Positions 50,558 through 61,345 of a DNA stretch of 64,000 bases are shown in pieces. The number at the start of each line of letters is the position of its first letter. Position 1 is the first letter of the stretch. Where the stretch lies: positions 560,001-624,000 of the forward strand of contig CM075999.1 in the NCBI GenBank assembly GCA_038087875.1, in the 5' to 3' direction. Origin of the DNA: Malacoraja senta. Taxonomy: Eukaryota. Both the position numbers and the translations under genes were made by a program. The notes under the pieces are model-generated. The model searched no databases, was not told the DNA's origin, and was given only the letters and a program-made list of their open reading frames with translations.

Positions 50558-53500
50558 TAGACAAAAATACTGGAGAAACTCAGCGGGTGAGGCAACATCT
50601 ATGGAGCGAAGGAAATAGGCAACATTTCGGGTCGAGACCCTTCTTCAGACTGATGTGAGGGTGGGGGGGACGGGAAGAAGAAAGGAAGAGGCGGAGACAG
50701 TGGGCTGAGGGAGAGCTGGGAAGGGGAGGAGAAAGCAGGGATTACCTGAAATTGAAGAAGTCAATGTTCATACTGCTGGGGTGCAAACTGCCCAAGTGAA
50801 ATATGAGGTGCTGCTCCTCCAATTTACGGTGGGCCTCACTCTGGCCATGGAAGAGGCCCAGGATAGAAAGGTCAGATTCGGAATGGGAGGGTGAGTTGAA
50901 GTGCTGAGCCACCGGGAGATCAGGTTGGTTATTGTGGACCGAGCGGAGGTGTTGGGCGAAGTGATCGCCAAGCATACACTTGGTCTCACCGATGTAGAGC
51001 AGCTGACACCTAGAGCAGTGGATGTAATAGATGAGGTTGGAGGAGGTGCAGGTGAACCTCTGCCGCACCTGGAAAGACTGCTTGGGTCCTTGAATGGAGT
51101 CAAGGGGGGAGATAAAGCAACAAGTGTAGCATTTATTTTTTTATTTTTTTATTTTTTTTAAAAATATTTTTATTTTATTAGAAGTAAGTACAATCATATG
51201 GCACCAAAGTGCCTAATATATATTGACATAATACATTTTATGTACAGCTTCTTATTTTTTTTATTATGATAAAGAAGAATAAGAAAAAGAAATTAGATAA
51301 TAAAGGATAGAAAAACGTGAGATATATAGTGTGTGAAAAAGGAAAAAAAAGTGAAAGAAAAAAATTTAAGAAAAGAAAATAGAAAAAAGAGTAAAAAATA
51401 AAAAAGGAAGAGTAAGGAGATCATTATTTATAATCTTGACCATCCCTCACCCAGTCCTGGAACAGTTAGCTTCTACAATTGTGTTGCACCATATGATTCC
51501 AAAAAGACGACAAATGGAGACCAACTCGTTAAGAATTGATCTGATTTATCTATTAGGAGGAATCGCATTTCCTCAAGATGTGCGGTGTCCAACATGCTTG
51601 AAATCCACATTTTAAGCGTTGGTATTGGTGTATTTTTCCAAAATTTAAGTATTAGTTTTTTTGCTATTATTAAGCCATAATTAAAAAATAAATTTTGAGA
51701 TGAGTTCAATTTATTCCCATCTTCCATTACTCCAAATATAATCATTTCAATATTAGGTTCCATTCTTATCTTGAATAATTTTGTAAATATTTCATAAATA
51801 TCACTCCAAAATTTATAACGTTTTATGCAGGAAACAAAAGAGTGTGTTATAGTTGCATTTGGGATAGACATTTCTAACAAATGGGGGATATATTTGGATA
51901 AAATTTATTCAATCTAGTTTTTGAATAATATAATTTATGTAAAATGTTAAATTGAATTAAATTATGTCTTGCATTAATTGAACATTTGTGTATATATATC
52001 AAATACTTTTCCCATGTAACCTTCGTAATTTTTATCATTAATTCCCATTCCCACTCTTCTCTAAGTACCTCTGTCGATGGTAGGTCTATATTTAAAATAC
52101 TATTATATAAACATGATATTAATTTTTGTGTGTCAGCCTTAATATTCATTGCTTCTTCCAGTAAATCAAAAGTTATTTTTTGATAACCTTGTATGTATTT
52201 CTTCATGAAATAGCAAATCTGAAGATATTTAAAATATTGGTTATTTTTCAGTTTAAATTTTAATTTTAATTGTTGAAATGATAATAGATTTCCCATTTCA
52301 TACATATCACTGATCCTTTTCATTCCCAATCTTTCCCATTGGTTATATATTTTATCAATAAGAGATGGTTTAAATAAAGGATTATTCGCTATTGGCATTA
52401 ACAATGATAAATTTCTTAATTTTAAAGATAATTTTATTTGTTTCCAAATTCTTATTGTATCGTGTATAATTGGGTTCTTCTTATATATTGTGTTGTTCAG
52501 TTTTTTCGGGGAGAAGAGGATCGTTCCTATATTACAAGGAAAACAATCCTCTTTCTCCATTCTTATCCATTCTGTCTGTTGGGTAGAACTGTCCAACCAG
52601 TAAATTATATTCTTAATATGCACTGCCCAATAGTAATACAAAATATTCGGGAGTGAAAGTCCCCCGACATCTTTTGGTTTACATAAGTGTTTTTTTTTAA
52701 TTCTGTGTGATCTATATTCCCAAATAAAATTAGTAATATTAGAGTCTTATTTTAAAAATATATATTTTGGTATATATAATGGTATAGACTGAAATAGGTA
52801 TAATAATTGTGGTAGAAAGATCATTTTTATAGTGTTTATTCTACCTATTAATGATAAAGGAAGTGTTTTCCAAAATTTAATCACCATATTGAGTTTATTT
52901 AATAAAGGTATAAAATTAGCTTTATATTTTCTAGTAATTTGAATACCCAAATATTTAAATTTTTCTGTTGCAATTTTAATGGGGAACTTCAATAAGTGTG
53001 TAGATTCTTGAGGTTTTAACGTCATGATTTCACTTTTATTCCAGTTTATTCTATATCCAGAAAAGGACCCGAATTCCTCTATTAAATTTAATAAATTTGG
53101 TATGCTCGTTTGTGACTTTGTAATATGTAGAAGTATATCGTCTGCATATAATGAAATTTTATTATTTGAGTCCCTAGTATTGTAACTCTGAATATTCGGA
53201 TGAATTCTTATACTTTCAGCCAAGGGCTCTATCATAAGGGCAAATAGCAGGGGTGATAACGCACATCCCTGCCTATTGCCCCTTGATAATTGAAATTTTG
53301 TAGATAACATATTATTGGTTAATATTCTTGCCATCGGTTTATCATATAATAATTTTACCCATGTAATAAAATTCTCTCCCATATTAAATTTTTGCAGCAC
53401 TTTATATAAATACTGCCACTCTACCTGATCAAATGCTTTCTCTGCGTCCAGAGAAATAATTGATATATTTTCTTCCTCCATTTTATGTGAGTACATTATA

Positions 53501-54755
53501 TTAAACAGACGTCTCAAATTATTAAATGAATATCTTTTGGGTATAAACCCCGTTTGATCAGGATTTATCAATTTACTAATATATTTACTTAATCTTCTTG
53601 CTAAAGTCTTTGCTAAAATTTTCTGGTCTGTATTTAAAAGTTATAAAGCTCTATATGAGCCCGGGTCGTCTAAATCTTTATCTTTTTTTGGAATAAGCGT
53701 AATAGTTGATTCTGCTAATGTTTCAGGCAGTTTATTTTCTTTAAAAGCGTGAGTATATAAATTAAATAAATAAGGAGTCGTTATCTCATGACATTTTTTA
53801 TAAAATTCATTACTAAAACCATCTGGTCCCGGTGTCTTACCATTTTTCAATGATTTTATTGTTTCACCTATTTCTTCGAGTGTAATTTGAGCTCCAAGTT
53901 ACACTTGTTCCAAAAGATCAAGTTTTGGAAGATTACAGTTATCTAAAAAAAAAAATATTTTACTATCTTCTATTTTAGTTTTAGATGTATATAAATTTTG
54001 ATAAAATTGAGCAAATCTATTGTTAATATCTTTAGGTAATATTAGTAATTCACCTTTCTCTGATTTAATTTTAGTTATAGTATTTTCCTTTTCTCGTTTT
54101 TTCAATTGACGAGTTAAAAGCTTATGTGGCTTGTCACCAAATTCAAAATGTTCCTGTTTTGTAATTTGGAATAATCTTATTACTCTTGCCGATAAAGTGT
54201 AGCATTTCCTGCGGTTGCAAGGGAAAGTGCCAGGAGAGGGGGTGGTTTGGGTGGGAAGGGTCTCTGCGGAAAGCCAACATGGGAGGAGATGGGAAGATGT
54301 GGCCAGTGGTGGGATCCCATTGGTAGACAAAAATGCTGGAGAAAATCAGCGGGTAAGGCAGCATCTATGGAGCGAAGGAATAGACGACGTTTCGGATCGA
54401 GACCCTTCTTCAGATTGATGTTGGGGGGGGGGACGGAAAAGAAAGTAAGAGGCGGAGACAGTAGGCTGTGGGAGAGCTGGGAATGGGAGGGGAAGGAGGG
54501 AGAAAGCAAGGACTACCTGAAATGAGAGAAGCCAATGTTCATACCGCTGGGGTATCAACTACCCAAGCAAATATGAGGTGCTGCTCTTCCAATATGCGGT
54601 GGGCCTCACTCTGGCCATGGAGGAGGCCCTGGACAGAAAGGTCGGATTCGGAATGGGAAGGGGAGTTGAGCCACCGGGAGATCGGGTTGGTTATTGCGAA
54701 CTGAGTGGAGGTGTTGTGCGAAGCGATCGCCAAGCCTGCGCTTGGTCTCACCGAG
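50558..54755 (-). mobile_element. Penelope-like element: GIY-YIG endonuclease + 3' UTR, partial tandem, interrupted by L1
   Basis: FTCTSSNLIYYIHCSRC..YIGETK..HFNSPSH; continues at 54208-54320 (GTFPCNRRKC); second copy at 54322-54755. Confidence 0.9.
51135..54194 (-). mobile_element. 5'-truncated L1-clade LINE ORF2, frameshifted
   Basis: PGPDGF, LDAEKAFD, RQGCALSPLLF, YADD; A-rich tail; 13-bp TSD aagtgtagcattt. Confidence 0.93.
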
Positions 54756-56599
54756 GTTGATCATACGCTGAATAATCCAATCACATTTTTGTTTGGATGT
54801 GGAAATAATAGAAATTACACTCATTGCAACGTGTAAAAAGAGTTGAGATACTGTATTATAATTTTGCTGCATGTCATTGTGGTATATATCATGTTTTGAT
54901 TGGTGAATATGTTTAGTTTGTGACTTTATTTGAAGCAGAAATAATATGTGAATGCTTAATTGAGCATAATTCCGACTGGTAACTACGCACTTCGTCTGAG
55001 CACATTATCGCACGTGTCATGCAAGCCGTCTTTTGGCAACTTAAAAAGCCGCCAAGGTTGCCCGGCTGACAACAGAGAAAAAAAATTAAGTGAGAGCCCT
55101 GCAAGGTGTATAATATTTTTGACACTGTCATAGGCCTTTCTTACATATGCTGTCACAATGCACTGTAGTCTCTAAACAACCCTTCAGTAATTTTCCATGC
55201 CCTCCATTTCCGAATAATAGTGCTTTAAGCTAATAACTCGACACTAGCACTGGCAATAAATAAATAAATAAATAAATAAGCGCAGCTTTCCAGCCCCTTA
55301 TCTCATTGGTCACGCTTGGTTGCAAATCGGTGTCAATCTGGTGGACCATCTTCCTCTAGTCATGGGGGTGGGGGATTGGGAGGGGCCTCACAAGTGGAAC
55401 GGCTTAGGGCCTCACCTCATCTAAATCTGTCCCTGGTGAGGCAGCAGCTCTACCAGCTGTGTGTCACTGTTGCCCTTGTGTAAAGCTTCTCATTCCCCCA
55501 GGGGGAAATAACATGCTGAATATACACAGTTTTCACCTGCCCTTTAATGCTTTCCTCAGCTGTATTAAAAGAGTACTATTGACTCGAGACACTAAGAAAT
55601 ATTATGCAGTCACGTTTGATGAACTGAGGCCTCCTTCAAACAACTGCAGGCTGACTCATGAACCATTAGCAGATGTCACATAAATTCAAGTCATTAATAA
55701 AACCTGGTAAAAGGTTGAGGATTCAACACTAATCCCAGTGGCACACCACTTGTTACTTCTCGTAACCAAGAGAAAAAGGAAAAATGCCTACGCACTGTTT
55801 CCAGTAAGACAGCCAATCGTTTTTGTTCACCAGTAAAGATCGTGGAATGAGAGAAATGTAACTTCAATAATCTCCACATCTTTACTAGTCACCTTTCTGT
55901 CAAGACCACTCAATCAACAGTGAGCACTCTCCTCCAAGTGATTGAACCAATGGGCAGAAGCTTTCTCTCCTTCTCTCCAAGAAGGGTTCTTCTTCGATAA
56001 CGATTTGTGTCGGGTGTGAGTTTGGAGTGTTTAGAATGAATTAGTGACAGAGGACAGTTGCTGAGGGATAAGATTTATAATATTTTCATCGTCTTTGAAG
56101 GTGCTTTGGAGGTTATCAGATTTTTTTGGTGCTGTATCCCTGCCTTGGGAAGTTCATTGTTATTGATTATACAGTATCTTCTCGATCTTACTTCATTATT
56201 TATTACTGCTCCCCTGGGGTCTGCCTCCATCTCTCCACATCATTCACCAAGACACCCAAATCCATGGTAAAATAACATTGTTGTATCCTTTATACCCTGT
56301 TCCATTATGGCTTCCAGCAAACTTCCTGTCGGATGGAAAGTCTCTTGGTTATGACTAGAGACAATTAACTCATGCCATTTAAGGTGTGCAGGCATGTCTT
56401 AGATCAGCCACTGTTGGCTTCAACTGGTGTCCGGCACACTTGAGGTTGAACTTTTGTATTAGTCTTAATGCAGGAAACAGTGAGTTGATACTGACTGGTG
56501 TCTGTTCATCAAAACGAGGTGAAGCATTCTGCCTTTTATCTCAATTCTGCACTGGGTCAAGCATACACAGGTAAGCAACGTTACACAATTTGGTTAAGT

Positions 56600-56880
56600 T
56601 TAGTTTAGAAATACAGCGCGGAAACAGGCCCTTCGGCCCACCGAGTCCACACCGACCAGCGATCCCCACACATTAACACTGACCAACACATATTAGGGAA
56701 AATTTTACATTTACAACAAGCCAATTAACCTACACCTGGAGTGTGGGAAACCGAAGATCTCGGAGAAAACACACACAGGTCACGGGGAGAACGAACAAAC
56801 TCATACAGACAAGCACCCATAGTAAGTATCAAACCCAGGTCTCTGTTGCTGTAAGGCAGTAGGCCATCGTGCTGCCCTAT
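56600..56880 (-). mobile_element. HE1-like SINE
   Basis: same family as 46220-46490. Confidence 0.7.
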
Positions 56881-57023
56881 TACATGTTTCCTAGTGCTCT
56901 CCAATTAGATAATATTACAGTAGAGCACATGAACAGGCCCTTTGGCCCACAATGTCTGTGTTGAACATGATGCCAAGATGAACTAATCTCATCTGCCTGC
57001 ACATGATCCATAAAAGCCTCTTT

Positions 57024-57235
57024 TGTTAGGTATGTAATAGAAATGGTGCTACCTGCCTCCAAGTTAAAGGGGGAGGAGTGTTAGGTATGTGATATAATTA
57101 GCATATGTGATGTCTTCTGCAAGGACGCATGCGCAGGGGAGACTCAAGGCGGTGTCCTGGAATAAAGAAGCTTGTTAGTTTACTCCCGTGTCCGAGCCTT
57201 ATTAAAGTCTGTTCCAAGCACCCAAATACACAACA
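57024..57235 (+). repeat. 5' LTR (212 bp)
   Basis: 6 mismatches to 61134-61345; contains AATAAA. Confidence 0.95.
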
Positions 57236-57237
57236 AT

Positions 57238-57250
57238 TGGCGACGAGGAT
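57238..57250 (+). promoter_or_regulatory. primer-binding site complementary to the tRNA-Ser(GCU) 3' end
   Basis: TGGCGACGAGGAT, 2 nt after the LTR. Confidence 0.85.
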
Positions 57251-58532
57251 AAAAGAACAAAGAAGAAAAGAACAAGGACAGCCAAGAAAAATGGAAAGAA
57301 GTTAAAATAGAGGTTGTATTTGGAAACAAAGTGCAACAGCACCAAGCAAAAAGATTTGGCGCCAAATGGTTTTGAATTGGCACCAAAGCAAAAAAAGGTC
57401 GGAACGGGAAGCAAGAGCGCAAGGAAGACAAGCGGCCAGTAAGGGTCACCGAGCGCAGCTGGAAGCTAGGAGCGATGGTGTCAACTTACCTGGAACGTTT
57501 TCCAGGGCTGTGCAGCCCACAGCCAGGCCCAAGCAGCAGCCACAGATGTCGGGTGAGGGCCTAGTACCGTGTAGGCCACTGACAGGTCCGGAGAAGCCAC
57601 CGACAAAAGCCGAGTCTTCAGCCCGGTCGGGAGCAGAGTCAGCCCGGTCGGGGGGGAAAGCGGAGAAAGCCTGGTCGCGGGAGACGGCCAAGAGTGGAGA
57701 AAGCCTGGTCGCGAAAGACGGCCGAGAGAGAAGCGGGTCCGCGCGAGAGACGTGCGACACAGCGCTTAGCCAGCCCCCAATGGCGGGGCACAGTCCCGAC
57801 GCTTGGAGCAGCGGGGACCAGCAGCAGAAACGAGCAGCGACTCACCTTCCGCAGGGTGTCCATGGGAGCCAGCGTCGAGCCGAGCAGCGGGTCCAGTAGC
57901 AGCCGGGAGGGCTGTGGAGCCAGCGGGCAGGCAAGTCAACGGGGCAGCGGGAGTCGACTTGGCAGCGAGCCAGCGGAGGCAACAGCAATGGCTGAGCCAG
58001 CGGCAGCATCGGAGGTCCGGTGAGGCCAGCAGTGTTTAAAAGTGGCGGTGAGGCCTGGGGGAGCCAGCAAAAGCAGCAGCGAGGTCCGGTGAGGCCAGCA
58101 GCAACAGTATCCTTGGGAGAAGTTCTGGAGAATCCGAGAGGTCGAGGATGCACCAGATTCCACAGGCCGACAAGCTGGACCGGTCGAATCCTTCAAAGTA
58201 AAAGATGGACTGGTGAAATCCTTCACAATAAAAGCATTGGTTGAATGTAATGCATTGTTCACTATTCCTTCACAGTAAAAGCAGGACTGTTTGGATGTAA
58301 TACATTGGTCACTGTTATTAACAGTAAATCTGTGTGCATAGAATGAATATGGTTTAAAATGTTCTAAATGGCTATTAACCTGAAATGTTGGCTGTTAGTA
58401 TAAATTTATTGTTATAAGATTAAGTAATAGTCAGTGAGCTGGACAATCTCTTAGAATGTAAAAGGATTAAGTCCAAGGCAGTAAACACAGTGAGAGAACA
58501 GAATATAGGGCACCTGAATAGCAACAGGTAGC

Positions 58533-58800
58533 ATGGCTTTTCAAATGGCAGGAAAGTTGCTCCTGTTAGATTCTGGGTGTAATTTTGACAAAATGGACTG
58601 AAGTCTTGGAGGCTTCGTTCATTTCCAATGATATCACTGGAGAGAAGAAGAGAGATTGGTTCATAGTAGGCTTAGGAAGAGAGGGTTATCACACCTTACG
58701 TACGTTACTGCGGCCAGCAAAACCCACGGATAAAACGTACGAGGAGTGTAAGGAGGTATTAATGGCTCATATCTCGCCAAAACCTCCAAGGGCATCCAGA
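58533..58800 (+). pseudogene. Mag-type Gag N-terminal fragment (1-nt frameshift near 58590)
   Basis: MAFQMAGKLL..FDK/WTEVLEASFISNDITGEKK..G.EGYHTLRTLLRPAKPTDKTYEE..L.AHISPKP. Confidence 0.8.
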
Positions 58801-59019
58801 GGCAAGGAGCCTGAACTAAAGAGGGCAGAGAGTCCCTCAAAGGACAAACGGGAGGTGCAAAGTGACAAAAGTCAAGGGCAAAGTGACAAAAGTCAAGGAC
58901 AAAGTGACAAAAGTCAAGGACAAAGTGACAAAAGTCAAGTGCCAAGTGACGAAGGTCAAGTGCAAAAGGCCAAAGGTAAAAGGCAAAGGGAAAAAATGCA
59001 AAGGCAAAAGGAAATTGCC

Positions 59020-60307
59020 ATCCAGAGGGCAACCCTAACTATTCAAGCTGCATTCAAGGGTATGAAGGAACGGAGAGAGATCCGGAACAAACAGAAGGCA
59101 GCAACGGTAATACATGCAGCATTTAGAATGCACAGAGTATACCGTCTATACAAGGCAATGAGATTGGCAGCTATAATAGTACAAACCCATTATAGGGCAC
59201 ACCTTCAAATGGAAAGTGATCGCAAAACTTACATGAAGGTACACAGCAGCGTTGTGCTGCTTCAGGCTGCCTACCGAGGAATGGTTGTTCAAAAGCAATT
59301 ACGGTGCATGCACAAATCAGCCAAGGTCATACAGACTTATTATCAGATGCATAAACAGCGTCAGTATTTCAAGAAACTATGCTGGACTGCCATTGCTGTA
59401 CAGCAACGATACAGAGCTTGCCAGATAAGAGATGTCCGAGTGAGACATTATAATAGTTTGAGAAAAGCAGTGGTTTGTATTCAGGCCTTCTACCGCGGGA
59501 TTAAAGCCAGATAATTGGTTGAGAAAATCAAGGCAGCATGCCATATTAAGTCATTCATAACGATGTGCATTACAAGAAAACATTTCTTGATGCAAAAGGC
59601 AGCTGTAGTCACTCTGCAAGCTGCATACCGTGGTTACTGATCAAGGGTACGGTACAGAGCTATGCGACAAGCAGTCATTTCGATCCAGAGATGGTACAAA
59701 GCATGCAAAATAGGGCATTCCCAGTTTGTGCAATATCAGTCAATGAGGTATGCAACTATTACCATTCAGGCTGCCTACAAGAGTATGGTGGTTAGGCAGT
59801 GGGTTAAGCAAAAGAGAGCTACTATAAAAGTGCAGTCAGTACTCCGTTTGAGTTGGTATAGGAAAGACTTAAGAAGACAAATAGATGCACAACAGAAAAG
59901 GCTGAAATGATACAAAAGGCTTAAACGATATAGGAAAGACTTCCTCAAACTGAATTATACAGCAGTTATAGTGCAGTCTCACTACCGTGCTTATAAAGCA
60001 AGAAAACTATACAAAGCACAAATCAAAGCCAGTGTTGTATTGCAAAGATAATATAGATCTTACTTCTTGATGAAGAACCAGAGATGTGATTTAAGTGGAC
60101 AAATAGATGAACAACAGAAAAGGCTTAAACAATACAAAAGGCTTAAACGATATAGGAAAGACCTCCTCAAACTGAAATATGCAGCAATTGTAGTGCAGTC
60201 TCACTAACTTGCTTATGAAGCAAGAAAACTATACAGAGCACACATCAAAGCCACTGTTGTATTGGAAAGACAATATAGATCCTACTTCTTGATGAAGAAC
60301 CAGAAAG
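59020..60307 (+). pseudogene. ASPM: captured ASPM-like IQ-motif array, in frame with gag, with in-frame stops
   Basis: repeated IQAAFKGM / LQAAYRGM / IQRWYKA motifs at ~23-27 aa spacing; resembles the distal IQ region of ASPM as recalled. Confidence 0.85.
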
Positions 60308-60309
60308 GT

Positions 60310-60815
60310 GACTTAAGAAGACAAATAGATGAACAACAGAAAAGGCTTAAACGATACAAAGAAATGATAAATAAACATGTGACAATGAATAAAAAGCTGC
60401 TAATAGAAAAGTCTAAAGAAGAGAGGTTTGTCAGCCGAGACAAAAGTATGCAGGACCGATTATGACTAGAACACTTCACTATAGTCCAGCATGGAGCTTC
60501 CTTCACTGAGCAATGGATAAATGGTTATGCATTGCAGAATCTCATTAAACAACAAGAGCAGATAAATAAGCAGCGAATGGAAATTGAACAACAGAGGAAG
60601 CTGCTAGAAAACGGAAATTTGCAGCCATGGGTCAGATCCCACCTACAAAGAGGAAAACAAAGCAAATACATGAACCAGAAAATGAAACGCAGAATATCAG
60701 GAATAGGAAGAAATTAGATCAGGACATTTAAAAGGGAAGAAGCAGAGATACAGGCAGAGCTAGAGCGATTAGAAAGTGTTCGCAATTTACACATAAAGGA
60801 ACGGAAAATGATAAC
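60310..60815 (+). pseudogene. TLK2: captured intronless TLK2-like coiled-coil region
   Basis: [95 protein letters not shown]. Confidence 0.88.
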
Positions 60816-61133
60816 ATATAAAGCAAGGGGTAATGTATTTGGTTTAAGGAAGATGGGTGGAATGAAAAAATTATAAGTGCTGGTTTAGATAGGATTATTA
60901 CAGTTAGGAGGATGTATTGTAAGATGAATGTAATAATACCATTGTGCAACAGTGTATTAATCAATGATATGTGAAGTAAACAGCATATACCGTGCAGGTG
61001 AAATTGAGTTAAAAGGGGAGGAGTCCGGTGTATGTAATAGAAATGGTATTACCTGCCTCCAAGTTAAAGGGGGGGGAGTGCGGTGTATGTAATAGAAATG
61101 GTGTTACCTGCCTCCAAGTTAAAGGGGGAGGAG

Positions 61134-61345
61134 TGTTAGGTATGTAATAGAAATGGTGTTACCTGCCTCCAAGTTAAAGGGGGAGAAGTGTTAGGTATGT
61201 GATATAATTAGCATATGTGATGTCTTGTGCAAGGACGCATGCGCAGGGGAGACTCAAGGTGGCGTCCTGGAATAAAGAAGCTTGTTAGTTTACTCCCGTG
61301 TCCGAGCCTTATTAAACTCTGTTCCAAGCACCCAAATACACAACA
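61134..61345 (+). repeat. 3' LTR (212 bp), preceded by PPT ttaaagggggaggag
   Basis: direct repeat of 57024-57235. Confidence 0.95.

Larger units (their letters stand above)
57024..61345 (+). mobile_element. non-autonomous Mag-type Ty3/Gypsy LTR retrotransposon carrying host-gene cargo
   Basis: TG..CA LTRs, 5-bp TSD TCTTT, PBS, PPT and gag N-terminus; no PR/RT/IN found. Confidence 0.93.

Noticed and set aside
53899..54330. 143-aa ORF as a novel fusion gene
   Set aside because: Chance read-through across the Penelope/L1 insertion junction.
59020..60815. Genuine ASPM or TLK2 gene
   Set aside because: Only fragments, with stops and no introns, enclosed by LTRs and a TSD.
61006..61188. CRISPR-like array
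   Set aside because: Eukaryotic context, and the units are whole tandem repeats with no unique spacers.
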